Assembly (NCBI GenBank): GCA_018062625.1 | Contig: JAGORV010000004.1 | Coordinates: forward strand, 8,234-72,233 | Reading direction: 5' to 3' | DNA: 64,000 nucleotides | DNA from: Candidatus Woesebacteria bacterium | GTDB lineage: Bacteria > Patescibacteriota > Microgenomatia > UBA10105 > UBA927 | Part shown: piece after piece, positions 27,969-36,169 of the stretch | Numbering within the stretch: position 1 is the stretch's first letter | How the letters are laid out: the number at the start of each line of letters is the position of its first letter | Translations under genes and position numbers: made by a program | The notes under the pieces: model-generated | The model's database searches: none | The model's input: the letters and a program-made list of their open reading frames with translations, nothing else | What the model was told of the DNA's origin: nothing

Positions 27969-29036
27969 TTAGCGAACTTCAATGCCCATAATTCGCATTC
28001 GGTAATGCATATAGTCCATACAGCTACGCTCTACCTCAGGACCCGCTCGTATACAAATATCAGAAGCCTGCCTGACATCTTGATGAATTATGATCGATGA
28101 AGAAACTACTCCTTCCACACAATCAGGGAAATACAATCCAGCCTGTCTACACAGGTTCAATATACGAGATATATCCGCTTGTTCCACAAAATATGCATCA
28201 GCGCCAAGGGTAAGTACACACTCCCCTTCTTTCTCAGAAACAGCTTCATGACACAAACGAAAAGGGAGGGCAATCTCTTTATTTGAGCGATACAGCGCGG
28301 TTATCATCATTCGCTTACAATACACGAGGGCGCTGTCGCGCAATCCAAGACAATTAGCAAATAAATCTTTCGGAATCGGAACCGCTGGATGATTTCGATC
28401 TGCCGGCGAATACACCTCCATAAATACTCCAGACATGCATTCTTCTCTTGCGTCACGAGTTCCAAATCTATTACATCGCGCTACAGCGTCCGAGGTGTTA
28501 TACCGTGTGTATTCAGCAAGTCCGTGCCCTAACCCATGAAAGCATGCAATTTCATCAAATAATGATAATGGTGCACCACGGGGATCTTTGCATACTATTT
28601 CCAAATTATTTATACGTTCTGGATTATTCTGTACGATACCCATCACAACCCCATGCGTACATCCATATCCACAACTCGACCCACACGCAGAAATAAGCGT
28701 TGATGAGCGCACGTTAGGCAATAACCCAGCGGTCTCACCGATAATATGTGATACACCATGACAATCTATCTCACTTTCTAAAAATAAGGATGGATCCGCT
28801 GTGTTACTCGCAACTACAGCAACCATAACTTCCTTTAAATTTGTGGTACGAACAATCCGTTGAAATTCTCGACGATAACAATTCGCGCTTTGTAAATGGG
28901 TATTTTTTTTACAGCGCTTCGCTATGTTTTGTATTTGAGCTGTTGATATCGGTGCTATATACACATATCGTATATACCCAACTATCGCACCCAAACATAC
29001 CATGCTCAAAAGAATATATATTTTTTTTCGTTTCAT
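27969..29036 (-). CDS. Cys-pair/His-motif repeat family paralog P8
   Basis: ATG at 29036 forms an ATGA overlap with P9; a GTG at 29057 is also open. Motifs are DCHGVSHIIGE, ACGSSCGYGCTHGV, ACFHGLGHGL and ECMSGVFMEVY. Confidence 0.8.
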   Translation of the reverse strand: MKRKKIYILLSMVCLGAIVGYIRYVYIAPISTAQIQNIAKRCKKNTHLQSANCYRREFQRIVRTTNLKEVMVAVVASNTADPSLFLESEIDCHGVSHIIGETAGLLPNVRSSTLISACGSSCGYGCTHGVVMGIVQNNPERINNLEIVCKDPRGAPLSLFDEIACFHGLGHGLAEYTRYNTSDAVARCNRFGTRDAREECMSGVFMEVYSPADRNHPAVPIPKDLFANCLGLRDSALVYCKRMMITALYRSNKEIALPFRLCHEAVSEKEGECVLTLGADAYFVEQADISRILNLCRQAGLYFPDCVEGVVSSSIIIHQDVRQASDICIRAGPEVERSCMDYMHYRMRIMGIEVR

Positions 29037-30208
29037 AATGCCACAGCACTGATACACTTTTGTGCAAATGTATCATTGGTAATACTTTTACAGGTTTCTT
29101 GCCGTACACGGTCTCCGTATCGAGAAAATAACGTCCTCCCCACCACTTCATAACAATGACTTTGTAGTTCCTGTGGAAGGACCGCACAGGATTGAACCCC
29201 TAAATTTCCTTGCGTGTCATTTACTGTATCGATCACTGTACGCACAAAACCGGCAACACAGTCATTCGTCTGCACCATCTTTCCAACATCACATTTTTGT
29301 ATATCTTGCGTGTCATGATGTATAGAATACATCGCTTCACCAACTCTATTGCGACAGTGACTTTGAAGGTCTGCGGGAACAGCATCACAAATTTCCAATG
29401 CATCAAGTGCACTAGATTGCGAAGTGAATGTCATAAATCCACTAAACTCAAAACATGATGCTTGGACTTTGTCAGATAACGTTTTACAGTACGCTATCAA
29501 ATCAAATTTACCATTTGAAATTAAAAAATCCTGTCGAGGTGCCATGAAAATCGCATGCGCACATTGATATCTCGCATCTTTATTTGGCAAAAGTAGACAT
29601 TGAGATATACCTCCCACCATATCTGCGCCATATCGCTCACTCAGTCCATGTCCTATACCGTGATAGCATCCCTGCCGAATATCTTCTGGAATAGATGGTA
29701 CAGCGCATTTCCCAAATGCGTCTTGGATATTTGCATTCAAAAGAACCCACGTGTGTCCTGCCCCATTCATGCAACCTAAATCTAAACCAGTGATTGGATT
29801 TCTCCCCTGCCCAAACTCACACAGTCCAATGCATTGCGTCATTAGTACATCGGAAGGTGTACCAAAACGCGCTGCGGCATTTCCTATTTCATGAGCGAGT
29901 GCATGACATCGCATCCCTTGGAGATAACTCCCTTTAGGCGTTTTCATGTATGCACGAAGTGCTGAAATTGTGGATCGTATTCCATAGGATTTCACCATGG
30001 CAACCAATTCTCTGTTGTAGCATCGTTGCGCAGGAGAACTTTCAAACAAATTTGTCGGTGGAAATTGCTCGCATGCGATAAACTTTGCCCGTAGCACTGC
30101 AGGTAACGATACATTACGAAGAATTGGAATAGACACAAACAAGCCAATTCCACTCGCCAAGCCAAAGCAAAAAACTATGATACTGATCATCCATCGTGTT
30201 CGATTCAT
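29033..30208 (-). CDS. Cys-pair/His-motif repeat family paralog P9
   Basis: The TM anchor is MISIIVFCFGLASGIGLFV. Motifs are RCHALAHEIGN, GCMNGAGHTW, GCYHGIGHGL and QCAHAIFMAP. Confidence 0.8.
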   Translation of the reverse strand: MNRTRWMISIIVFCFGLASGIGLFVSIPILRNVSLPAVLRAKFIACEQFPPTNLFESSPAQRCYNRELVAMVKSYGIRSTISALRAYMKTPKGSYLQGMRCHALAHEIGNAAARFGTPSDVLMTQCIGLCEFGQGRNPITGLDLGCMNGAGHTWVLLNANIQDAFGKCAVPSIPEDIRQGCYHGIGHGLSERYGADMVGGISQCLLLPNKDARYQCAHAIFMAPRQDFLISNGKFDLIAYCKTLSDKVQASCFEFSGFMTFTSQSSALDALEICDAVPADLQSHCRNRVGEAMYSIHHDTQDIQKCDVGKMVQTNDCVAGFVRTVIDTVNDTQGNLGVQSCAVLPQELQSHCYEVVGRTLFSRYGDRVRQETCKSITNDTFAQKCISAVAL

Positions 30209-30224
30209 ATAGTAAAAATATGCA

Positions 30225-31850
30225 TTAATTTACCACCTTATATACATAATAGCCTTGTGTTTGATCAATAAGTTGTGCGCTTTTGGGAAGTTCTCTGGAT
30301 CCCACGTATCGCTTATCCATAACAATTATTTGCTGATGCGCTTCCCTCCCCCGCAACTCCTGTTTCGAAAGCGCCCAATGGATACTTCCATTAAATCGCT
30401 CTGGCATTCTCGCTGGATACAATTCGATAAAGTACAACATGACAAATACATTTTTACTTTCATACGAGCCTTCTTGGTATCTATAGACAACCAAATCATA
30501 CGGCTCTTCTCCAGCGATATGTGGGATAAGCCAAGATACTTTCACAAGATCTCCATATGCCCAATCTCTCTCAGTGTAGCTCCACAAATAATCACGAATA
30601 GTCAGTATGTTTAAACTTACAAATATACATAAAATACTTATACTTATTACCTTACTGTACCGCCTCCACAACTCCACTATTAGAAATGCGCCACACAAAA
30701 ATATCATGGGTAACGTAAATGCTAAATTATTCATCCGAGAATAGTCATTCAGTACTTGGTCGGCATACAAATATTCTATAAATACAGACATTACGAGACA
30801 TATCAACCACCATGAAGCGATAAATGATGATGGGAAATTTGGACTATCAAAAAGACTGGGATATAATCTTTTTTTAACATTTCTCATCGCATGCTCTCGC
30901 CATACTGCGAAACATACCAATGCGAAAACACCCAAAACTACCCAGCCGTGAGCTACAATGCTCTCAATATACGATAGATTCATAATCGTTACGCCGAACG
31001 CATTTACTACAAATCGAAGAAAGCTGGTTCCTAATGCTGCAAATGTTGGTAACGCATGGTACGCAACTAAGGCAAGTGATCGCGTCATATGAAAACCCTC
31101 TAAAACTTCGTTGATCACTGTTGGGGCTATAGGGAGAAGGCCAAGAAAAACCAACATGCCTTTTTTCCACCATGTCGATGGCAAGGGTGGCCTGTACAAC
31201 AGCGTCGCAACAAGAAAAAACACAAGTGGCACATATCCTGAATCATGCATTTGTGATCCTAGCGACAGGGAAAATACGAGTGGATACCACCAATTTGTTT
31301 TTCCGGAAATAACACGAAAAAAACTAGAAAAAGCGAGCAATGTAAAAAACGGCATCATACTCGGAGTCCATATCCACCGGCTATACGCAGACATCCAAAA
31401 TGAACTCGCTCCCAAAAATGCCGCTACCAAACCAACGGCTTTATCTTTAAACAACAGAACCCCCACATCGTAAAGTAAATACACAGATATCAATCCAAGT
31501 GCGATCAGAAACAATACCACACCATACGGATTAAATTTCGAGAGAACAGCCGCAGGCAATAATACATAATAATATGCCACACCATGATACACAGGGGTGA
31601 GTTGGCCTGGTGGTAGATAGGAAGACCGATACGTTCCGCTTTGTCCTTTCAGGGATAATCCTTGGACATTGCCTGTAGAAAGATTGTGCCATGTCGATCG
31701 AATAGCGATCATATCGTCTACCTGCTCTTCCCAAAATGGGATGTATTGTGTTGACTGATACAGCCGTATAAACGAGGCGCATACCAAAATTCCAATCAGA
31801 ATCCACTGATGAATCGTTAGATTTTTTAACAAACGCGTAAAGGTATGCAT
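30225..31850 (-). CDS. Polytopic membrane protein, GT-C fold (ArnT / PMT_2 / GT39-like) glycosyltransferase candidate, embedded in the paralog array
   Basis: 541 aa with many hydrophobic segments in the N-terminal two thirds and a soluble C-terminal domain. The first-loop acidic motif is FWEEQVDDMIAI. It lies 16 nt from P9 and 1 nt from P10. Confidence 0.6.
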   Translation of the reverse strand: MHTFTRLLKNLTIHQWILIGILVCASFIRLYQSTQYIPFWEEQVDDMIAIRSTWHNLSTGNVQGLSLKGQSGTYRSSYLPPGQLTPVYHGVAYYYVLLPAAVLSKFNPYGVVLFLIALGLISVYLLYDVGVLLFKDKAVGLVAAFLGASSFWMSAYSRWIWTPSMMPFFTLLAFSSFFRVISGKTNWWYPLVFSLSLGSQMHDSGYVPLVFFLVATLLYRPPLPSTWWKKGMLVFLGLLPIAPTVINEVLEGFHMTRSLALVAYHALPTFAALGTSFLRFVVNAFGVTIMNLSYIESIVAHGWVVLGVFALVCFAVWREHAMRNVKKRLYPSLFDSPNFPSSFIASWWLICLVMSVFIEYLYADQVLNDYSRMNNLAFTLPMIFLCGAFLIVELWRRYSKVISISILCIFVSLNILTIRDYLWSYTERDWAYGDLVKVSWLIPHIAGEEPYDLVVYRYQEGSYESKNVFVMLYFIELYPARMPERFNGSIHWALSKQELRGREAHQQIIVMDKRYVGSRELPKSAQLIDQTQGYYVYKVVN

Positions 31851-31851
31851 G

Positions 31852-33039
31852 CTAATATTTCTGAATCACTCCTGCTAAACAAATATTTTTATATAGTTTC
31901 GGAACTGATGCACATATCCGTGCTTTTTCATCGTGTGATCGTCGCTCTTGCAGTATTCCTCCAAACATGGAAAAACAATGAGACTGCTCAATCGCATCAA
32001 GCGTACTACAAATTTGAATGGAGGTTTTTGCGTCTGGCTCAACAAATACAGAAGATCGTAATAATCCAGAAATGCAAGGAAAATACATATCGTCCCCCGC
32101 CTGTTTACAAAACTTCACTACCTCGTGTAAATAATCTTCTTTATGTTGGTACACATAAAATATATTCTGCCCAATACCGCTAAAGCACGTTGCCCTATAT
32201 AACTCAGGCTCAGCATTACACACTGCAAACGACTTCTGGCTATCTTGAGCTCTGCTGTATTCATATGAACCCGCACGATCGTAACAATACGCATCATACG
32301 GAGGCCACAATGAAGCACACCATGTTGGATTATTTTTTGGAATAGGTTGTGGTTGTTGCGCAAATGTTGCCGCTTCATACATTTCCATAAATACTCCCGC
32401 GGCACATCCTATACGACCTACTGGGATAATCTGATCACAAAGTTTTAGCGAAGCGACAAGATCATACGATGACACATCAGCAACCGCATGCCCCACCTCG
32501 TGAAAACATCCTCCTTGTGCTTCTTGATTTCCCGCCCAATCAACCCCATCAATACACAATGTAGTTATAGTACTTTTCAAATCGTTGCCCATGCCATACC
32601 ATGCCGATACAGCACCATGCTGACACCCCGAAACACAGGTATTAGTACATTGTGGCAGTGTTATCTGCACACGACGACTGGTCATAGTTCCTGCCCAACC
32701 TATCGCATGCGCCAAATCATGACACTGGGTGAAATTCCGATCTGACGACACATCGTCTAGTCTCAACGCGAGCGCTTCCATAAATGTTTTTGTTCCCCAC
32801 TTCGACATGTCCTTCACCAATTTCTTTTGCGCACATATCATAAATCTCGTTCGATCTGCATCATTTCCCGTAAAACACTCTTCGACAGCAGTATGTAACG
32901 CACGATTTGCCCCAATCATTTGCCATACACGAGGATGTGGACCAAAGCGATATGAAGCAATTGTAAAAAGTACAAACCCAGCGATGAATGCAATTACGCA
33001 TCCTCCATAGGCGATATATTTAACGACGGCAACTTTCAT
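31852..33039 (-). CDS. Cys-pair/His-motif repeat family paralog P10
   Basis: The TM anchor is YGGCVIAFIAGFVLFTIA. Motifs are QCHDLAHAIG, QCTNTCVSGCQHGA, GCFHEVGHAV and GCAAGVFMEMY. Confidence 0.8.
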   Translation of the reverse strand: MKVAVVKYIAYGGCVIAFIAGFVLFTIASYRFGPHPRVWQMIGANRALHTAVEECFTGNDADRTRFMICAQKKLVKDMSKWGTKTFMEALALRLDDVSSDRNFTQCHDLAHAIGWAGTMTSRRVQITLPQCTNTCVSGCQHGAVSAWYGMGNDLKSTITTLCIDGVDWAGNQEAQGGCFHEVGHAVADVSSYDLVASLKLCDQIIPVGRIGCAAGVFMEMYEAATFAQQPQPIPKNNPTWCASLWPPYDAYCYDRAGSYEYSRAQDSQKSFAVCNAEPELYRATCFSGIGQNIFYVYQHKEDYLHEVVKFCKQAGDDMYFPCISGLLRSSVFVEPDAKTSIQICSTLDAIEQSHCFSMFGGILQERRSHDEKARICASVPKLYKNICLAGVIQKY

Positions 33040-33078
33040 AAAGTCATTATACTCGCGTCTTTTGTATGATACTGTGAG

Positions 33079-34089
33079 TTAGTGGATAAAATCAGTTTGG
33101 ATAACATTCACACATGCTTCTTCCTGATTAGGTAAAGCCATATGGCAATACGATTTGATCCCTTGTAACTGAGGGGCAGTCAATGGGTATACAAAATATA
33201 TCGATTTGCCCAAAAATGTCAAACAATCAAACTGATATGGTAAAGGCTCTCTCCGGCATACGGCAATTGCCGCTGGTAAGTCGTGATTTCGATTATGTTC
33301 AAAATAACCAGACTGCGCATAACACACCTCATCATACGGCGGTGCAAATTGCGCACACCACGCTGGTCTATCAGGGGGTAGATCCCGCAACAATCCATTA
33401 TTATATTCAGTCCCGTCATAGAGCTCCATAAATACCCCAGAGCCACAGTTATCCCTATCTTTCTCATCATACGTATCACAATACGATAATGACCGTTTCG
33501 TATCATACAAACCCATAGGGGTTACTGCATGACCCATACCATGAATGCAAGAAATTTTCTTATCATTTGCAATATCAGGCAATAAACATATCGAGGTAAA
33601 GTCTTTTCCTATCGATTCACCTTTTGCCACCCACCCAACAGCCGCCCCATGAAAACACCCTGATTGGCACAACTCAGTACACGAGGTAAGAATCTCCTTC
33701 ATACTGACACCCAGAAGTACGGACATTCTTCCCAGTTGATGAGTGATATCATGACATCGAGTTACCGATAAATCCTGATGCGTTTGCACGAGACGCAATG
33801 CAGTCAATGATTTCATAAGCGAGTCTAATCCCCATCGTGGTATAAGCTTTTTCAGTTCCACACTCAAACACTGAACGATCGTAGACCGATGTTTTGGTAG
33901 ATCACAAAGACGCAGAATACGAGCTAAATCCACATCAGCCCCATGCTGTCGAACACTTTGAAAATGAGGACCTACGCGCACGGAAGCAACCCAAAATAAT
34001 AAAAAGCCAAAAATAAATATCAAAAAACTTGCAACGCCAAGACGAAACAAAACCAAAAAATTTCTAGGTCGACCCCTGAGGTAATCCAT
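33079..34089 (-). CDS. Cys-pair/His-motif repeat family paralog P11 (first gene of the array)
   Basis: ATG at 34089; a TTG at 34095 is also open. The TM anchor is LGVASFLIFIFGFLLFWV. Motifs are RCHDITHQLG, SCTELCQSGCFHGA, SCIHGMGHAV and NCGSGVFMELY. Confidence 0.8.
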   Translation of the reverse strand: MDYLRGRPRNFLVLFRLGVASFLIFIFGFLLFWVASVRVGPHFQSVRQHGADVDLARILRLCDLPKHRSTIVQCLSVELKKLIPRWGLDSLMKSLTALRLVQTHQDLSVTRCHDITHQLGRMSVLLGVSMKEILTSCTELCQSGCFHGAAVGWVAKGESIGKDFTSICLLPDIANDKKISCIHGMGHAVTPMGLYDTKRSLSYCDTYDEKDRDNCGSGVFMELYDGTEYNNGLLRDLPPDRPAWCAQFAPPYDEVCYAQSGYFEHNRNHDLPAAIAVCRREPLPYQFDCLTFLGKSIYFVYPLTAPQLQGIKSYCHMALPNQEEACVNVIQTDFIH

Positions 34090-34114
34090 ATGCAAAGAAG
34101 CGACAATTCAGAAA

Positions 34115-34807
34115 TCAGTTTATACGATAAAACCCTGCTATGACTCCATCGCAGGAAATCGGATATGCTCCTTCGCTTTGTGTCAACGAAATAGAGGTGT
34201 TTTGTTTCGACGCGATCGTGACTGATTTACTCTCTATCATCAATGTGTGATCTTTTGCTGCAGTGCTTGCAATCATAATTGCTGTTCCTTGCTTTACACG
34301 TATAAACGCTGGGCTTAGCTCACAAGCATCATTGATAGAAATTTTATTTGCCTCTATAGTCAACGCATCTACAGAATCAACATAAGCCTTTTTTTCTGTA
34401 TCTGTTGCGCCTTCAGTTGGCATGTTTATAAAGTTACCGCGAACGATCACAAGTGTTGTATGGGTTGCATCAGGAACTGGCGCACTCGTCTTCACTGGCC
34501 ATTTCCACGCGACAGAAATTTTTGGTAAAGAGACTTTTGGCACCATATTCTTAAACTTATCCATATCAACAGATATACGAGGAATCGAAGGTAGAATTGG
34601 CATATGCGCAGCGACATACTCCCCACTCAAGTTTCCTAGATAAAAAACCACTATATACAGTAGCCCCCATCCGAGCCATGTCAAAATTCTTCTAAATAGT
34701 GATGTGGTCTTAGGTGCCGAAGTTAATTCAGATGCTTCTTTCGAGCTTGATTGCACCTGTTTGCGTGGAGCTAAACGTACGCTTTTTTGTGACGATTTTT
34801 TTTTCAT
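34115..34807 (-). CDS. Hypothetical membrane-anchored protein with a beta-rich C-terminal domain
   Basis: ATG at 34807 begins MKKKSSQKS; a TTG at 34828 is also open. The TM segment is ILTWLGWGLLYIVVFYLGNL. The C-terminal ELSPAFIRVKQGTAIMIASTAAKDHTLMI weakly resembles a cupredoxin-like strand pattern. Confidence 0.5.
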   Translation of the reverse strand: MKKKSSQKSVRLAPRKQVQSSSKEASELTSAPKTTSLFRRILTWLGWGLLYIVVFYLGNLSGEYVAAHMPILPSIPRISVDMDKFKNMVPKVSLPKISVAWKWPVKTSAPVPDATHTTLVIVRGNFINMPTEGATDTEKKAYVDSVDALTIEANKISINDACELSPAFIRVKQGTAIMIASTAAKDHTLMIESKSVTIASKQNTSISLTQSEGAYPISCDGVIAGFYRIN

Positions 34808-34856
34808 ACTATCTGCAGGCAAAAACAATCAATCCTACGCTTATACTATATCAGTA

Positions 34857-35447
34857 TTATTGGATAGTCAATTTTGCAAATACCGGCTGTCCCAATGGAT
34901 CAACAACCATGGTGTCTCTCGGCTCATCTGGATTCATAGAATTGAAAATCCCATTCCCATCATCATAAAATAGCACAACATAAAGCGTTGCTCCCGACCG
35001 AAACAATGCTGGATCTTCTGCTTGTAATCGCGCGTCATCTGCTTTAATTTGCACGTTTGTATATTCCCCTGGTAGTAGAAGTTTCGTAAATGCGATCGGA
35101 TTTCTAATCCCCAAATCATATTGGCTTCCAAAATAAAGCACTGCAAACCCCGGTTTACGAAGCTTTACTTTGCCTACCACATACTGATTACGATCAAAAA
35201 TATTATTATTTAATGTAACGTAATCAGACCGCAACAAATATCGCGCTACCACTTGTCTCCAAGCAAACCAAGTATCATTTGACACAAGAATAAATACAAT
35301 ACATGTCATCACGCCCCAAAAAGCAAACGAAACTACCCACGATGCATACCAAGGCGATACCGCATGAGGAGGCTGTGCCGATGGACTAGTCCCTTTCTGA
35401 GATGAAGCTTGCCCACTTTGTGCACCGATTATCATTTCGTCTACCAT
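34857..35447 (-). CDS. Hypothetical single-pass membrane protein, paralog pair member
   Basis: A Pro/Ser-rich cytoplasmic N-terminus is followed by the TM segment WVVSFAFWGVMTCIVFILV. It shares WY.W(R/K).VVA(R/Q)Y, (K/R)KPG(F/W) and YDDG(N/T)G.F with the next gene. Confidence 0.6.
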   Translation of the reverse strand: MVDEMIIGAQSGQASSQKGTSPSAQPPHAVSPWYASWVVSFAFWGVMTCIVFILVSNDTWFAWRQVVARYLLRSDYVTLNNNIFDRNQYVVGKVKLRKPGFAVLYFGSQYDLGIRNPIAFTKLLLPGEYTNVQIKADDARLQAEDPALFRSGATLYVVLFYDDGNGIFNSMNPDEPRDTMVVDPLGQPVFAKLTIQ

Positions 35448-35456
35448 AGTATTTCG

Positions 35457-36068
35457 TTATTTTGCCACACCTAATGTTGTGTTAGAAAAAATCAGGGCTC
35501 CTGTCGAATCACGCAAAAGAATATGATTCTCAAACGAACCTGTACCATCATCATATGCTATGCCAACGCTTAGTATGGTACCCAATGTCAATGATGGCTG
35601 ATTTGTTGTATCGTCAAGAGTCTCGGGAGAAATATTTGGTAAACGAATCGTTGCATTGGTTATTTTTCCAGCTGGTAATAAGTCAGACTTCCCGTACACT
35701 TGCGAGCAACGCATATCATGTTCATTTGAAACTGCAGAAACGACAATCCATCCGGGTTTTTTTAAATTTGCTTTACGGACGTTTACATCAAAATACCCCT
35801 CACCCATCACACTACTACCTGCTATGACATATTCTGTTCCTGTAATATATTGCGCAACAACTCGCTTCCATGAATACCATGGACCCATCGGTAATACTAC
35901 TAAAATAAACAAAAATATAATCAAATACACCAACCCAGAAACGATCCAAGGTGTAAATATTCTCCAAGAGGCATTTGGCACATCACTCAAAGGACCTCCG
36001 GCAATCGGTGTACCACGTGTCAAAACTGGAGGAACAACAGAAGATACAGGAGTTGTAGGCACATCCAT
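35457..36068 (-). CDS. Hypothetical single-pass membrane protein, paralog of 34857..35447
   Basis: The TM segment is WIVSGLVYLIIFLFILVVL. Shared motifs are listed under the previous feature. Confidence 0.6.
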   Translation of the reverse strand: MDVPTTPVSSVVPPVLTRGTPIAGGPLSDVPNASWRIFTPWIVSGLVYLIIFLFILVVLPMGPWYSWKRVVAQYITGTEYVIAGSSVMGEGYFDVNVRKANLKKPGWIVVSAVSNEHDMRCSQVYGKSDLLPAGKITNATIRLPNISPETLDDTTNQPSLTLGTILSVGIAYDDGTGSFENHILLRDSTGALIFSNTTLGVAK

Positions 36069-36169
36069 AATGAATTCAATCGTACCTTGGAAATCGTCGT
36101 ATTGTCAATTTATCTATACACGATTTACACTCGAACTATCTAAGCAATTTCATCATCTACAATACCGCT

